Assembly (NCBI GenBank): GCA_051294905.1
Contig: CM119375.1
Span: 15,500,001 to 15,564,000 of the forward strand
Source: Botryllus schlosseri
Lineage: Eukaryota
Length of the DNA: 64,000 nucleotides
Direction: 5' to 3'
Shown: one piece after another, positions 48,001 through 59,700 of the stretch
How the letters are laid out: every line of letters begins with the position of its first letter
Numbering within the stretch: position 1 is the stretch's first letter
Notes under the pieces: model-generated
The model's input: only the letters and a program-made list of their open reading frames with translations
Told to the model about the DNA's origin: nothing
The model's database searches: none
Translations under genes and position numbers: made by a program

Positions 48001-49280
48001 AAGCATTTTTGACCTGTCCCGGGAATCACTATTTCTACTTGTAATTGAGTAGAATTTCATGACACCAACTACTTTGACCACTTCTGTATATTACCCAAAA
48101 ACTATTAAAAGTGCTTACTTACCTGGTTTGCATAGAGAGGACTTCTTTTTTCAACTTAGCGAGTTGTTCACTCTTGATCGCGATAGTGTCTTCACGCTGT
48201 GCGCTAGTCAGTTTCTCTTGTTCCAGCAAGCTGTTGGCATCGTGCAGTTGCTGTTGAAGCGCAGCAAGCTCGGCGCCGTGCTGCCTCACCAGGCGTTCCT
48301 CGAGCTTGAGACGTTCGCTTTGCCAATTATCACACTCGTCCTGAAGACTGGACTCGTATTGAGACGCCAACTTTTCGTGCACCTGGTAAGGAATTGGGGG
48401 AGAAGGTTTGAAACAACACTGGGGTCCAGTTCTACAGAATTCTCTTAGCAGCGGTATTTCAAACGACTTGCTGGCTATTTTTCCAAAACACGAGTACAGT
48501 GGTTGCTTAAAGACGAAATGAATCAAATTAAAAATGATTCTGTAGATATGATATCCCTATTTTATTATGTGTATTTTATATGTAAATATTTTGGCTCATG
48601 GGCAGGACAAAAAATTCGGGAACTAGCTGGGCCGGATATACAACAACAATATAGAATTCGCAATGATATCGAATTCGCATCCATGGTATAGGTACTACTA
48701 AGGTTCAGTAGCCATCAGTTTTTTTATGACAGATTACCTGAAAGAAATTTATTGGTGTAAAATTATGATAATACGATATGCACAAGGATTCAATGTGACG
48801 GTTGAGGTTACTTCGATTCGTTCGCATGACCGGAATTAGTTACTAGAAAAGATGCCATTTCTTATGGATCCGTTATCCAGGTTAGAAGTCTTAAAGTAGG
48901 CGGACATCCGTATTTATAATTCCTGAGCTGCCTTCATATAGCACGGCTCACGAATTTGTAAAACGACACCGGGCCTGCTTCTGAGCGACCTTGACCAGTA
49001 TGAAGAGGTGGTTCGAGTAGCCGCCGCCAAAAGTTTTCTGCGCAATTGTACTTACAGAAAGTTTATTCCTCAAGGTATGATTCTCTTGCTCATAATTCTC
49101 AACCACCGCCGATTGTTCCTTTCGTAAATTTTCCAACGCCTCCTCCAAATAGATGTTCTCAAGCCGTAGTTTTTCTGCGGTTTTAACGGCCTTATTCAGA
49201 GCAACGTCTTTCTGTTGCAGATCCTCCATTAGATTTTCTTTATCTTCTGAAAGTATGTCGCCAGCAGGCACGGTTTCCAT
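39026..49280 (-). CDS. SPDL1: Spindly (kinetochore dynein-dynactin adaptor), 12 exons, 584 aa
   Basis: Exons 49280-49056, 48382-48123, 47387-47258, 46608-46519, 45941-45808, 43199-43130, 43063-42926, 42007-41919, 40741-40560, 40356-40279, 40219-40142 and 39306-39026, all phase-consistent. Spindly motif KGNSLFAEVEDKR, ENYEQENHTL, MQISTLLQ, long coiled coils, and a C-terminal farnesylation-type CKQQ*. Confidence 0.92.
41005..41868. mobile_element. hAT-type element (atcccggga repeats) with a nested MITE, Spindly intron 8
   Basis: Ends tagcgttgggac / gtcccaacccta; TSD ccaaacaa / ccagacaa. Confidence 0.8.
41186..41695. mobile_element. Buster-type MITE nested in 41005-41868
   Basis: Ends ctgtggtttcaaac / gtttgagacccctg; TSD gtctaaaa / gtctaaac; inverted homolog of 45013-45785. 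Confidence 0.8.
43360..44767. mobile_element. piggyBac-like (TTAA) non-autonomous element, second copy
   Basis: TTAA|ccc at 43356 and ggg|TTAA at 44765-44771. It shares cggcc..aaatttta.tgcatc..aaaaag, agaacggaagata..gcgttcattca..gcgggaaacgttttt and the right end with 27745-30663. Confidence 0.6.
43425..43503 (-). repeat. tRNA-derived (SINE-head-like) fragment
   Basis: A-box tagctcagttggttag and B-box gttcaagtcc; no acceptor stem; homologous to 55641-55725. Confidence 0.5.
45013..45785. mobile_element. Buster-type MITE in Spindly intron 5
   Basis: TIR cagaggtctcaaac / gtttgagacctctg; perfect TSD GGTTACAG. Confidence 0.9.
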
Positions 49281-50231
49281 CGCTAAGCCAAACTTATACC
49301 TATTACAGTACAGTACCACTTTTCCCTTATAACATAAGAGAAAGATAAAATTTTCGTTAAATCATATGGATTGTCACAAATACCGCTGCCGACGAGAAAT
49401 CAATGAGTAAAAGTGTTTACGGCGCTTTGCAAAATAGATATGCGCTCCTCTCACTGTTTAAAACATCCCAAACAATGCACGAGCGATACATGAATAACAA
49501 TATCTAATATCATGAATTTCAAAATCTGTATCCGAACCATTAGGATGATTTGATATCATCGTGTCCCTGACCCTATGTAGAACTAAAACTGATGCACACA
49601 ATCTGGTTCACACAAATGTCAAAGTTCTATACAAATCACAGTAGAGCAAACACGAGTTCCTCATTCTGAAGCAATTTACATTTTCTACTCCTGACACATA
49701 GGCACCTAAAGACAGGATTACACGGAAGGTCCAAGAGTATTGCAAAGCACGATAATTCGCAAGGTAAACTCTGGGGCATGTCACATCAAGACACATGCAT
49801 TCGTTGAGGGTATGGATATGGTTATGAAGATGGATTAAGGCATATATGATTCGAAATCGCAAACGGTATAAGAAGTCATCACATTGCTGACCAGCGAAAA
49901 CTATCGACTAAAATTGAGGGTTTGTGCCTAACAAAACACGATAAAATGAAATCATGCAGTGCATTCTTAACCCAGTCAGTAGAGCCCCACACCACACTCG
50001 ATTGTAAGGCACCAGATAAATGTATTCAAAATCTCAACGAATATATAGCAGATGCATCCATTCAAGCATATGAACTCAAGTTTTGGCTTGCTATGATGTT
50101 TGCATAGACTTTTTCAAACCATCTACATCCAACAGGTTAACATCATGAAGTGCCAATACGCTATATTTCAATTCACATGTTCTTTGGGACAGAGATATAC
50201 GATGGTATTCAAGGGTTGCTTTGAGGGCCAA

Positions 50232-51851
50232 TTATTTGCAAGCTTGATTCATACCGCTTTGTATATGAGCAATGTGAATTTCGACATTGTTTTGAAAAGA
50301 TTCCGTGTTCTCGTTCATAATTTTTTGTTTGATATTGTTCATCGTGTCTGTAATCGCTTTGAACTCGAACGGATTGGCATTGTTCTCTCGTAAAAACCGT
50401 ATTTGCATCATAATGCCAGTTAATTGTTTCACTAAATTAGTCAGGCTGCTGTTTTTAACGGCGTTTTTTCCGTTGGTCGTTTGATTCTTGGAGTCCACCA
50501 TACGGTCCGCGGTATCCATGGCCGATTGCCGAATCTGAGAGACTTGGTCGCAGAGTATCGTACTCTCAGGCGATAACTCCTTACAGAACTTCTGTATTCC
50601 CAATATCAGAGCATTGAGATCCTTGTTCAACCTTTCGAGATCGATAATAACGGTCGCGTACTTACGCTGGAACTCGATCGGCAAAGTTTCGCCGTAAGAC
50701 TGACTTTTCTCGGCTTGCGAGTTCATCTCTTTTAAAACCTCCAGATTGTCTTTCTTGATGGCTAAAATTTTCGAGAGACGGGCCACCTGAACCAAAAACG
50801 TAACCGGGAATCCGCCTAGAGTGCCACCGGGAAAGGATGCTAATTTACTACGAGCTGGTGACTGACCTAAAACAGGGTCATATTCTATCGGCGGGCTGTT
50901 GTAACCATCATGAAATTCAGATTGCATAGGCGAGAACGCGTTATACAAAGGCCGTTTTCTTTCCATTAGAGAATGCAGCTGGATTGTTTCTTGTGGTTCC
51001 TCACTTGCGACTTCAATATCAGGCACTTCCCTACTTCCGATATTCCTCCGATCGAACGTAATCCGGTATGATGAGTTTGTGACATCCACAGCGTCGATTG
51101 TGCCAGTGAATAGCCCTTCGTGCGCGCCCCGTAACCTGGCCGTGACTTTAGTCCCGAGAATTAAAGACATCGGGATTTCTTTGGGGAGATCGCTGAAGGT
51201 AGCATTGTCTTCAAGAACATTTTTCCTCTGTTGCAACATTCGAATTTTTTGACGCTTGCTCTCTAAAGCGTTGCGTTCTTCCGCGAAAAACGCTTCGGAA
51301 CACCGCCTCGGTTTGCCCATAATTCTTCTGATTTTTGACCAGTGAGCGCGCGTAAGACCTTTTTTACTGAGATTCGGAAACGATTCGTTTAAACACACGA
51401 TGAAGTCGCTGTCGCCTTCAAAAAGACAACGGTCTATGTTGGAGTAAAACCACTCGAAAATGCACATCTTATGAGCTTTGGGCAGTTTCAAGAGATTTTT
51501 CAGTCTCACGCCGATTTTTCTGGCGGTAACGCGGTCAGGGGCAGTGTTTGAGACGTTATGGGAGAGCATGGAGGAAGAAGTGGCTTGATCCGAGTCTATC
51601 GGGTGCATTCTATCGACGCTGGTGACACTTTCGACATCCGAAGATTCAGGTTCTTGTTTTTCAGATAAGCTGGCGAGAGGGCTGTCTGTGATTTTCATGA
51701 CTTTTTTCTTTCTGAACTTCCCCTCCTCTTCGCTGGATACCTCGTCGTCGCCGTAGTAGATCAGTGTATTCCGTTTTCGATTTCTTTGAGGTCTGTTCGG
51801 GGACATGTTCAAATTCGACTCCCAATTCATGGCGTATGAGGTCCTCGTCAT
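50232..51851 (-). CDS. LIN9: LIN-9 homolog (MuvB/DREAM subunit), single coding exon, 539 aa
   Basis: DIRP domain LKNLLKLPKAH..FEWFYSNIDR..W..IRRIMGKPRRCSEAFFAEER; Tudor-like GTKVTARLRG..GLFTGTIDAVD..YRITFDR; C-terminal EFQRKYATVIIDLERLNKDL and NNVEIHIAHIQSG. Confidence 0.95.
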   Translation of the reverse strand: MTRTSYAMNWESNLNMSPNRPQRNRKRNTLIYYGDDEVSSEEEGKFRKKKVMKITDSPLASLSEKQEPESSDVESVTSVDRMHPIDSDQATSSSMLSHNVSNTAPDRVTARKIGVRLKNLLKLPKAHKMCIFEWFYSNIDRCLFEGDSDFIVCLNESFPNLSKKGLTRAHWSKIRRIMGKPRRCSEAFFAEERNALESKRQKIRMLQQRKNVLEDNATFSDLPKEIPMSLILGTKVTARLRGAHEGLFTGTIDAVDVTNSSYRITFDRRNIGSREVPDIEVASEEPQETIQLHSLMERKRPLYNAFSPMQSEFHDGYNSPPIEYDPVLGQSPARSKLASFPGGTLGGFPVTFLVQVARLSKILAIKKDNLEVLKEMNSQAEKSQSYGETLPIEFQRKYATVIIDLERLNKDLNALILGIQKFCKELSPESTILCDQVSQIRQSAMDTADRMVDSKNQTTNGKNAVKNSSLTNLVKQLTGIMMQIRFLRENNANPFEFKAITDTMNNIKQKIMNENTESFQNNVEIHIAHIQSGMNQACK

Positions 51852-53706
51852 AAGCCTTGCGAGTATGTGGAGATGAAAACTACAGTAAGTATGCCTTAAA
51901 ACGAAATCTCAACAATGAAACAAATGCGTAACATATTCATCTTGGATAACTATAGTAATTATAGTTGTCTAATTATAATTGGATTAATTATAGCAAAAAA
52001 ATGGTATAATTTAATTCTAATTCAACTTGCGAAATGTTTCTATAATAAAATTTCAATTCTATTCTAATTATTTATTTTCCTGAAAAATGCTCCAGGAAAA
52101 CTGTACACTGTGAACGCGAAATGAGGCATAGGCTTATGCAATGAACTTTGATACGAACTGAACTGTATTTTAGTATGTTAGTATTTCTTTCAATTTAATC
52201 CAATTCAATTGACGAAGTTTTGAGAATTCAGTATTTCTAATCTAATTTTATCAAAAGCTGACAATTTTCCAGTCCAACTGTGCCTCTCACTAATTGACGT
52301 AACAAAACACGGGTAACGATCTCGAAATATATAGACGTCACTTCTCCCGACCAAATTGCCTACCAAGAGTAAGCGCATCCACACCTGGGTCTCTTTCAAC
52401 CAACTCAGCTGCTATTGTGTCAAAGAGCGTACAATCTCCTCATCGCAAATTAAACTGCTACCTACTGAATATGTTGTGTTTCCAGGTTCATCGAATACCC
52501 TAGATTGCAGAACGGATTTCGCGCGTAACCATTTCCTTTTTCTCTTGACATCTAGTAACCGGACACGCTCCAATGCACACTCCCAACGTAGATTTATTGT
52601 GTCTTGCCAGACTTTGTTCTAAATGAAGTCAGGAGGCAAATAGACCAACAGCAGTCGGAGTTCTTGCGGTATTCCAGAGTTTGAATACTGCAATGGTACT
52701 AAATACGGATATGTGCATCAGTGAGAATGCGTTTAGTCTTTGGATCCACAACGAGAGTCTCTGAAAACGACACTGTATCTCTCGATAAATATTTAGATAC
52801 CGTGATCCAAGGGGGATTTCACGCGGTTTTTGTCACAATCTCACTCACGAGAGCGATGACAGCTAGTCCCAAAATCTAAACTGTCGACAATAGTTTAAAG
52901 ATGTTCAAGTTGAGGTAGTATAAAACACGATCACTTGAGTAAGTAGTGCAAGCGGGCAAAAACCTACTTGAGTAAAAAGTACTTCGTTACTAACGACCTC
53001 TGATAAGGACATGTCTGAATTCTAACCTGATTTGCTGTCAGCCTGCTAAACTCAAAACCACAGCTTTCCCACAGTCACACCTCTCACAAATCACTAATAT
53101 TTCATGCCATTATTGCTGAACACATGCAGCAATACAAATTTTCAGAAGACCGACATGCACAGTAACGCGTCAATAACAAAAATGGCACTTGATTTGTCGT
53201 ATGTGATACGACTCCGCTTACTTACAAGACAGTGCAAGATTCGAGCACAATGCACTAATCCCAATAAACGTTGGCACAATTTCACTACTAGAGGACAAAG
53301 AATGACACTAATATTCATAATTCAATTATACAATCCAGAGTAACAAAGGAATTCAGTTGAATGTCATGCTGCCTCAATATTAACTAGTAATTTAAGAAGA
53401 TATTCACGGTAAAGGTACACTTTTACAAATCATAGTTTCTGGTGTATACAACATACTGTAGTACCATGTCAAAAATTGTCAGTTACACCCACACACCAAC
53501 ATATGAGAATGCGAAAACAGCAATTTGTTGAAGATTCATCGGCTCATTACGAACATGATATGGTGAACTATTTTAATAAGCCATGGATTGAAGTGAAAAA
53601 CAATGTAATGCAGGATGACTGAGGCAATGAGTAAGAAAAAACAAATCGTCTAATGCAACTGATCAAACTATAGTTGAAATAATGTCTTCGAACGATTTCC
53701 CTTTTT

Positions 53707-56700
53707 TCAATCTTGCTTCGGCCGCGTCCGCTGTATCATAGTTTCTGGCGACCGATACAAGAAGATAAGTTTGGCATACAGATCTTCCTCCAGTTGAAAT
53801 TCTCTCTCCTCTCGCACCAGATAGATATCGAGACAGATTTGCAACACCCTTTCAACTCGCGGTAATTCTCTGAAAATGGCAAATTATTGATGAAATACAC
53901 TGTAAGGCATGTGAATCGATTTCATAAAGCTTTGAACATTAAATTTGTAGATATGTAGATGATATATTTGACCTGAAGGTATCAAGTATAGAGCTAACAG
54001 GCAGTGGACAATCCGCTGTTAGTGCATACTTCCGAGTACATGCTATGGCACTGCATGCTATGGCTATGTTATATCTGTAATTCACAGACTCGGACATTGC
54101 GGAGTTATTGATATTAATCCAGTGATTAGGGTTGGGCACAATAGGATACGCACGAACGTTCGTGGAAACGATATAACTGGGAATTTTGATGGGATGTACC
54201 CAACAGCATTTTTATTGTGGGACATATGCAAACTTCGAAGTCATTCAAATCGTTATGATATCATAATCACTGGTACTTAAATACTCAAAGCCTGACACTT
54301 TACTCCATATTGAATCTCCCAGGTATTAGATTTTTCCCATACCTACCAGTGGCTACATAGAACCTCTAGCTGAGTTCATATAGAGAGATGAAGAAGAATA
54401 CTGCCATTGACTACTTACTGGAACATGATAGTGTTTGTGTTCCCAATCAGTATCGACCTCACAAATCTTCCGACGACAAGAACAATGGAAACGTACAATC
54501 CAACGATTCTGCGAACGACATTGAACAATGTCAGTATTATTATGATACATATGTATATTGGAATAGTGGTGGTGCAGTTGCATAATACTTTATATTCAAC
54601 AAGAGCGGCTAGTTCGATAAGATCTCATGGTATTTTCATTGCAATGTACTTAACGGAGCCGATGAGACTGCTTCATTTGATAAAATTATATCCAGTACAA
54701 TGATGATGAACTCTTTCCATGATATGAACAACTTTTGTGACGATACACATCTTGGATAAGAAGTGTAGATCTTTACGAGATGTGACACAACAAATTTAAT
54801 AATTCAAGCCAAAATCCTAGATCGATGCACAGATGGCAGTAATACAAAAGATTTACAACTAGAGATTTTGAGCTCACAATCAAATTTGGCCAAGTTCCCA
54901 TCTCGAAATTGAACATCATCAACAGACAACAGTGATCAGTATCATCATTATTTAGGCGTTCATATTGGTTTTTATCAAGTTTTAAGACTGACCTATTCAT
55001 AGAGCGATGGAAGCATTTTGAATTCAGCATTTAACCTACGATGGTATCGAATGGGAGTTGTGTGAACAAATGATTGTGATCCCTTCATGTTTGTCTTCTA
55101 ATTTGATTAATTATAAAATGACATTCTTTTTCCTTCCCAAACTGCACAAGACGAAGCATAAAGGAACTGTCTGTGATGACATAATGCGGGGAGTAGTATC
55201 AGTCCTGTTCACGGCCTTGCCATGCAAGCCGCTCCCAATTTTTTATAGCATCGTATCACAACTTACCCGTAACCAACGAGAAACGTGAGACTCGAAGAGG
55301 AAACTTTATCGCTCAATATTACAATCTCCAACGAAGAAGACGCAGTGAGCTGCTCTGATGATTCGTAAATGCGCCACCACGACGTTAAGTTATCCCTCTC
55401 GTCGTAACGGATCGTCATGTTTGTATCGACAAAAATGAGAGAGCGATCTAGGAAAGAATCGTCGTTGAAAATAACGCCTGACAAATCCCCAGTACCACAG
55501 AGACGGCCAATATAACCGACTAATACTATCTGAAAAGCATCCTCAGTACAACTGCTTCCACTTGACGTATCAGTTTTTTTAAGCGGTCTGGGAGGGTCAG
55601 ACTGCGTGTTCATCGTGAAATACTTGCTTTTCTCTTGTCTAGCTTCGTATCCTAGTTGGTTAGGCGTTGAAATTCTGAATTCAAGGCTATATTACTTGTT
55701 GGTTTCGAATCCCATTAAGGTCGTGTTTTTCAGTTAGCAAAATTTTCGGGAAAAAGCAGCCGGTTAAGTATACAGTTTACAGCATTACTCTTAACTTCTA
55801 CTCGAGTACCAAAGCTGACTACTTCAAACACGTCTGGCACTATTTGGCAAACATAACGGATGTAAGCTGAGTCAATAAAGTATTGTGTGAACACATAAAG
55901 CAAAGTCAAAGCATACTTGTCGAATGAAGCTGATACGCCGGCAGGGACTTCGTCTTTTCGCTGCCGTAGATATATCTCGGGAAAAGCCCAAGTATTTTTC
56001 TGCGACAAAACCGTGCCATTAACCGCAAAGTAATATAGCACAAGGTTGACGAGGTCTTACGCGGGCGATTCGACGACGCCAGGAGTTTTCAGAAGGTTGT
56101 ACAACTGCAGCCGCGACGGATTGCTCTGGTTCAGCTGCACAAGGTTGTTTCCGATGGATTGCACCACCGCGGTTCTTTCTGGATTTCTGCAAGAGATTGG
56201 GGATGACAATCACATCATCTCAAAGCCGGAAGGTGATGACTCGACCAATATGACTCAGGACATTCTAATATGACTCGATTCAAGTCTGGTGTATCGAGGC
56301 CGATACTTGAAAAATAGGCTCAGAAACGTCTTTTATCTGTTAAACAGAGAGGAACTCAATGAGGAACAGTGAAAACTATGACTTGGACTCTTCGGTTGAT
56401 ATTTACTCAAGTCAAAACTATAAAAGTAAAATTGACTTGTGACTTGGAATCTTGTGACTTTGTTACAACCCTGGTTCTTTAAGAAGAAACTAATATATCT
56501 TTTTACGCTTTGCATTTTGCAGTAGAGAGAGCCATTGTATCACGGTAACTGGATATATATTCGAAAATTAAACCTGTTTGAGGTGGGACTGGTCATTAGT
56601 TCCGAAGATTCACCCTGAAATCCCAAAAGTGGCGACGCGTGGTCAGATTATTACCTTGACAGAGTCCATTCGAAGTCGATCGACACGGTACTGGAGCTGT

Positions 56701-59700
56701 TACTGTTGAGTTTCTCCAATAGCGTGTCCCTTTGCGGTGGACTGATGGCCCACACAGTCTTAGACTGTCCGTCAAATCGCACCGATACAACTTGAGATGC
56801 CGTAAACGAAGACAGGAAGAGAGCAGCTGTCTGTGACATATACAAATGTAGAGTTCGACCTATATCTGTCTCCCTAGAAATATTAGTACCGGCCATCTCT
56901 AGCCGATATTTAGTGGCCCGAATGAAGTCGTCACTCTTATAATTGTTATGAGGGAACAGAATTCAGTAGTGTTGGATTGGATTACATTGACAATAGGAGT
57001 AATAGTTTCTCATTCACTGGGAGTTTTATTGCAAATTAATGATAAGTATATCTGGCAGCATTCTCAAAACCTACAGAAAGGGACCTAAATCTGAGTTTTG
57101 TTGACATCCCGCGAGTCAAGCATCGCGCATCGAAAATAAATGCATTTCTAATGTTAGTATGCTATGTTTTTATGCACATGCATGAAATAGAGAAGGGTTC
57201 ATACAACCAGTTGTATGCTACGCAGTTATGATAGTCAATGATTCAGAGAGGTTGATGTCGCTGAAATTGTTCTATCATAGTATTTTAATGCAACACTCTT
57301 CGTTTTTCACACTACACTTGAGCCAACATCCCTGATTTCAATCGGTTTTCATTCAAAACAGGTATCCATGATCAACACAGCATCACTCACAATGCTAAAA
57401 TGATCAATATCAAGAGAATCAAACCTCCTGTTATGCTTACGCACTTACGCAGTGACTGTAACCATTCCTATCACAACGGCTCATAATCACCCAATGAGTA
57501 CTACTATACAAGATTTACCAAATGATTCAATAGCAAAAGCTATTGCAGTATAGCACAGAAATTACTCCCAAGTACCGTCAGAGGCATATTATATATTATT
57601 TACGCACATATCGGAAGCAGTATTGCATTATTACCGGCAAATTTGAGGCGGACTAAGGGCCCCAGTCCAAATCTCAACTAATTGAAATTGCCGATATGAA
57701 TAAAAAATAATTGAGCATACAGCGTCCTTGGAATACTGCTCCACGAGTGAATCGAAACGCGACTGGCTCCACGGCTGAATACTGTCAGCGTCGGCAACAA
57801 GTTGAAACAGCGGCTAAAACACATTTCAATTAGTCGAGGATTGCAATCAACGAGATAAATCGTCGACTAACTTCGAATGTGTTGGCCGTAATTTGAATGG
57901 AAAACTGAGTGGGATTGTTGGTGACTCCGCCGATGGTCAGCGCGATATTCATGAAGAGCAGGGGAAACCAGATGATGGCAACCAGGAAAAACACAAGCAA
58001 GCCTCCCTCTAAGTACTTGATGAACTTTGATGTGGCGGTCGCCCGCGGCGATGGGTAGTTCTGAACAAGAAAAAAAGAGTCGGTGAATGTGTTTGATGAT
58101 ACATTTCTATCGCAGTGTAAACGCACAATTCATGATCAAGAAATTAGCAAGATGGATTGCAAACATGCTATCAAAAGAAAGATCCAAAGGCGATCAAAAG
58201 CCGTTAGAAAGTACTCTACTTTTTCGAAATACCGAAGTATGTTCTGCCTACTTGCCCACAACGACGCAATTGCTGTACTAAACTATTTGAAAATTGCCAA
58301 CAACTCGCTTCAGATCAGTAATAGTAAAGGCGACTATGACTTTTTGAACAAAATATGACTGAACAATTTAGCGACATTTCACAGTATAATAGAATCTAGC
58401 ATACAGTGAAATTGCATTTCTTTCAAAAAACAAACTGAACGGTCAAAATCGAGTCAAGGTTGCCTTCCAGAAACCTCAATAGAACCACGCATAACAGGCG
58501 TAATATCACTATGACAGAATCATCAACTTTCTCAAGCTCAAAAGCTGATGGTTGAGTTGAAAGCCGCTAGCCTGTATACCTGCTCAAACACGCGCCAGCA
58601 CTTGAGCTCGAAAACTTCCGCGTAAATCGCGTGGAACTTGAACCATTCTCCCGTGCCCATCGTCGTGTCGACAAACATCCAATCCATAATCGCCGTCAAC
58701 TCGGCGAGGAAGGGAATCATCCGATACCTGCGTCAAAAGCATACAAATACTGCAGCAGCCCATAAACCGATACTTCAACGACAAGGTCATACCCTTTGAA
58801 AAGGAAGAGATTTGCCGTGCCGTAGGCTTTGGTCAGAAAGTTTCCGAGCACACGTTTCGGATATCCGCAGCGTATCTGGTAGGACGACAGCAGGAAGTAG
58901 ACCGCTTTGAAGAAATACCAAGTCTGCGCGACATGATTCGTGTAGAACGGGCTGAACGACAATGGTAGGTGCAAGACGTGTTTATTTGGTTACCAGGTAA
59001 GATTTTTTATTCCACAGTATCGCGAGCACATAAAAACAACTTGACTAATACATTTAAGAACACATTTGCTGACTTTTGGTGTGCCCCTTAGTGGCACAAT
59101 GTGAAGTAATATATCAATATAATGTATAAATACTTTTCATTGTGCTGTTAACTCTTGTTAAGGGGCACGTACAAAATCTTCACATGAAAAAGTTATGCTG
59201 CAATGAATATAGTCATGAAAGCGATGTTCAATTTTAGTACCGCCAGTCACTTATTTGAGTAAAATCCAAATTATATCCTGACTGTAACGATGGTAGAAAT
59301 CTATCCAAATCTGCTGTCCCCTATTTTGTAGCTTCCATTTCATGATTCAGTCACTGTGAAGAAACCTTCTGGGTGCAACATTCTTGAAGGACCCGATACT
59401 GGCAGAAATGCTCGAAAAAGGCGACATACCGTTCGTTGATCGCGGGAAGTATGAAGAACATCCAGACGTGAACGCCGATCACCAGGGCAACGTGGAAAAT
59501 GAGTTTGCCGACGAGATTTTTGCGGAGATACAGCGCCCGGTCGATGAACATCATCGCAAACTGAAATAACATTGAGGCACTTGACTCGAGTCACTGATCC
59601 AAAATGACTTGACTTGGACTATGAAGAATACTAAATGACTCGGACAGAAATTTTTCGAGTCTTTGCAATAAGAAATGAAAAATTTCACCTGAATAATAAG

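Noticed and set aside
49455-49525. CHR-like TTTGAA/TTTAAA motifs upstream of SPDL1
   Set aside because: These hexamers are expected by chance in AT-rich DNA, and the TSS is unknown.
54353-54703. Hydrophobic plus-strand ORFs suggesting a nested membrane-protein gene
   Set aside because: They overlap the Piezo inner-helix exon (54508-54419) on the opposite strand and are shadow frames.
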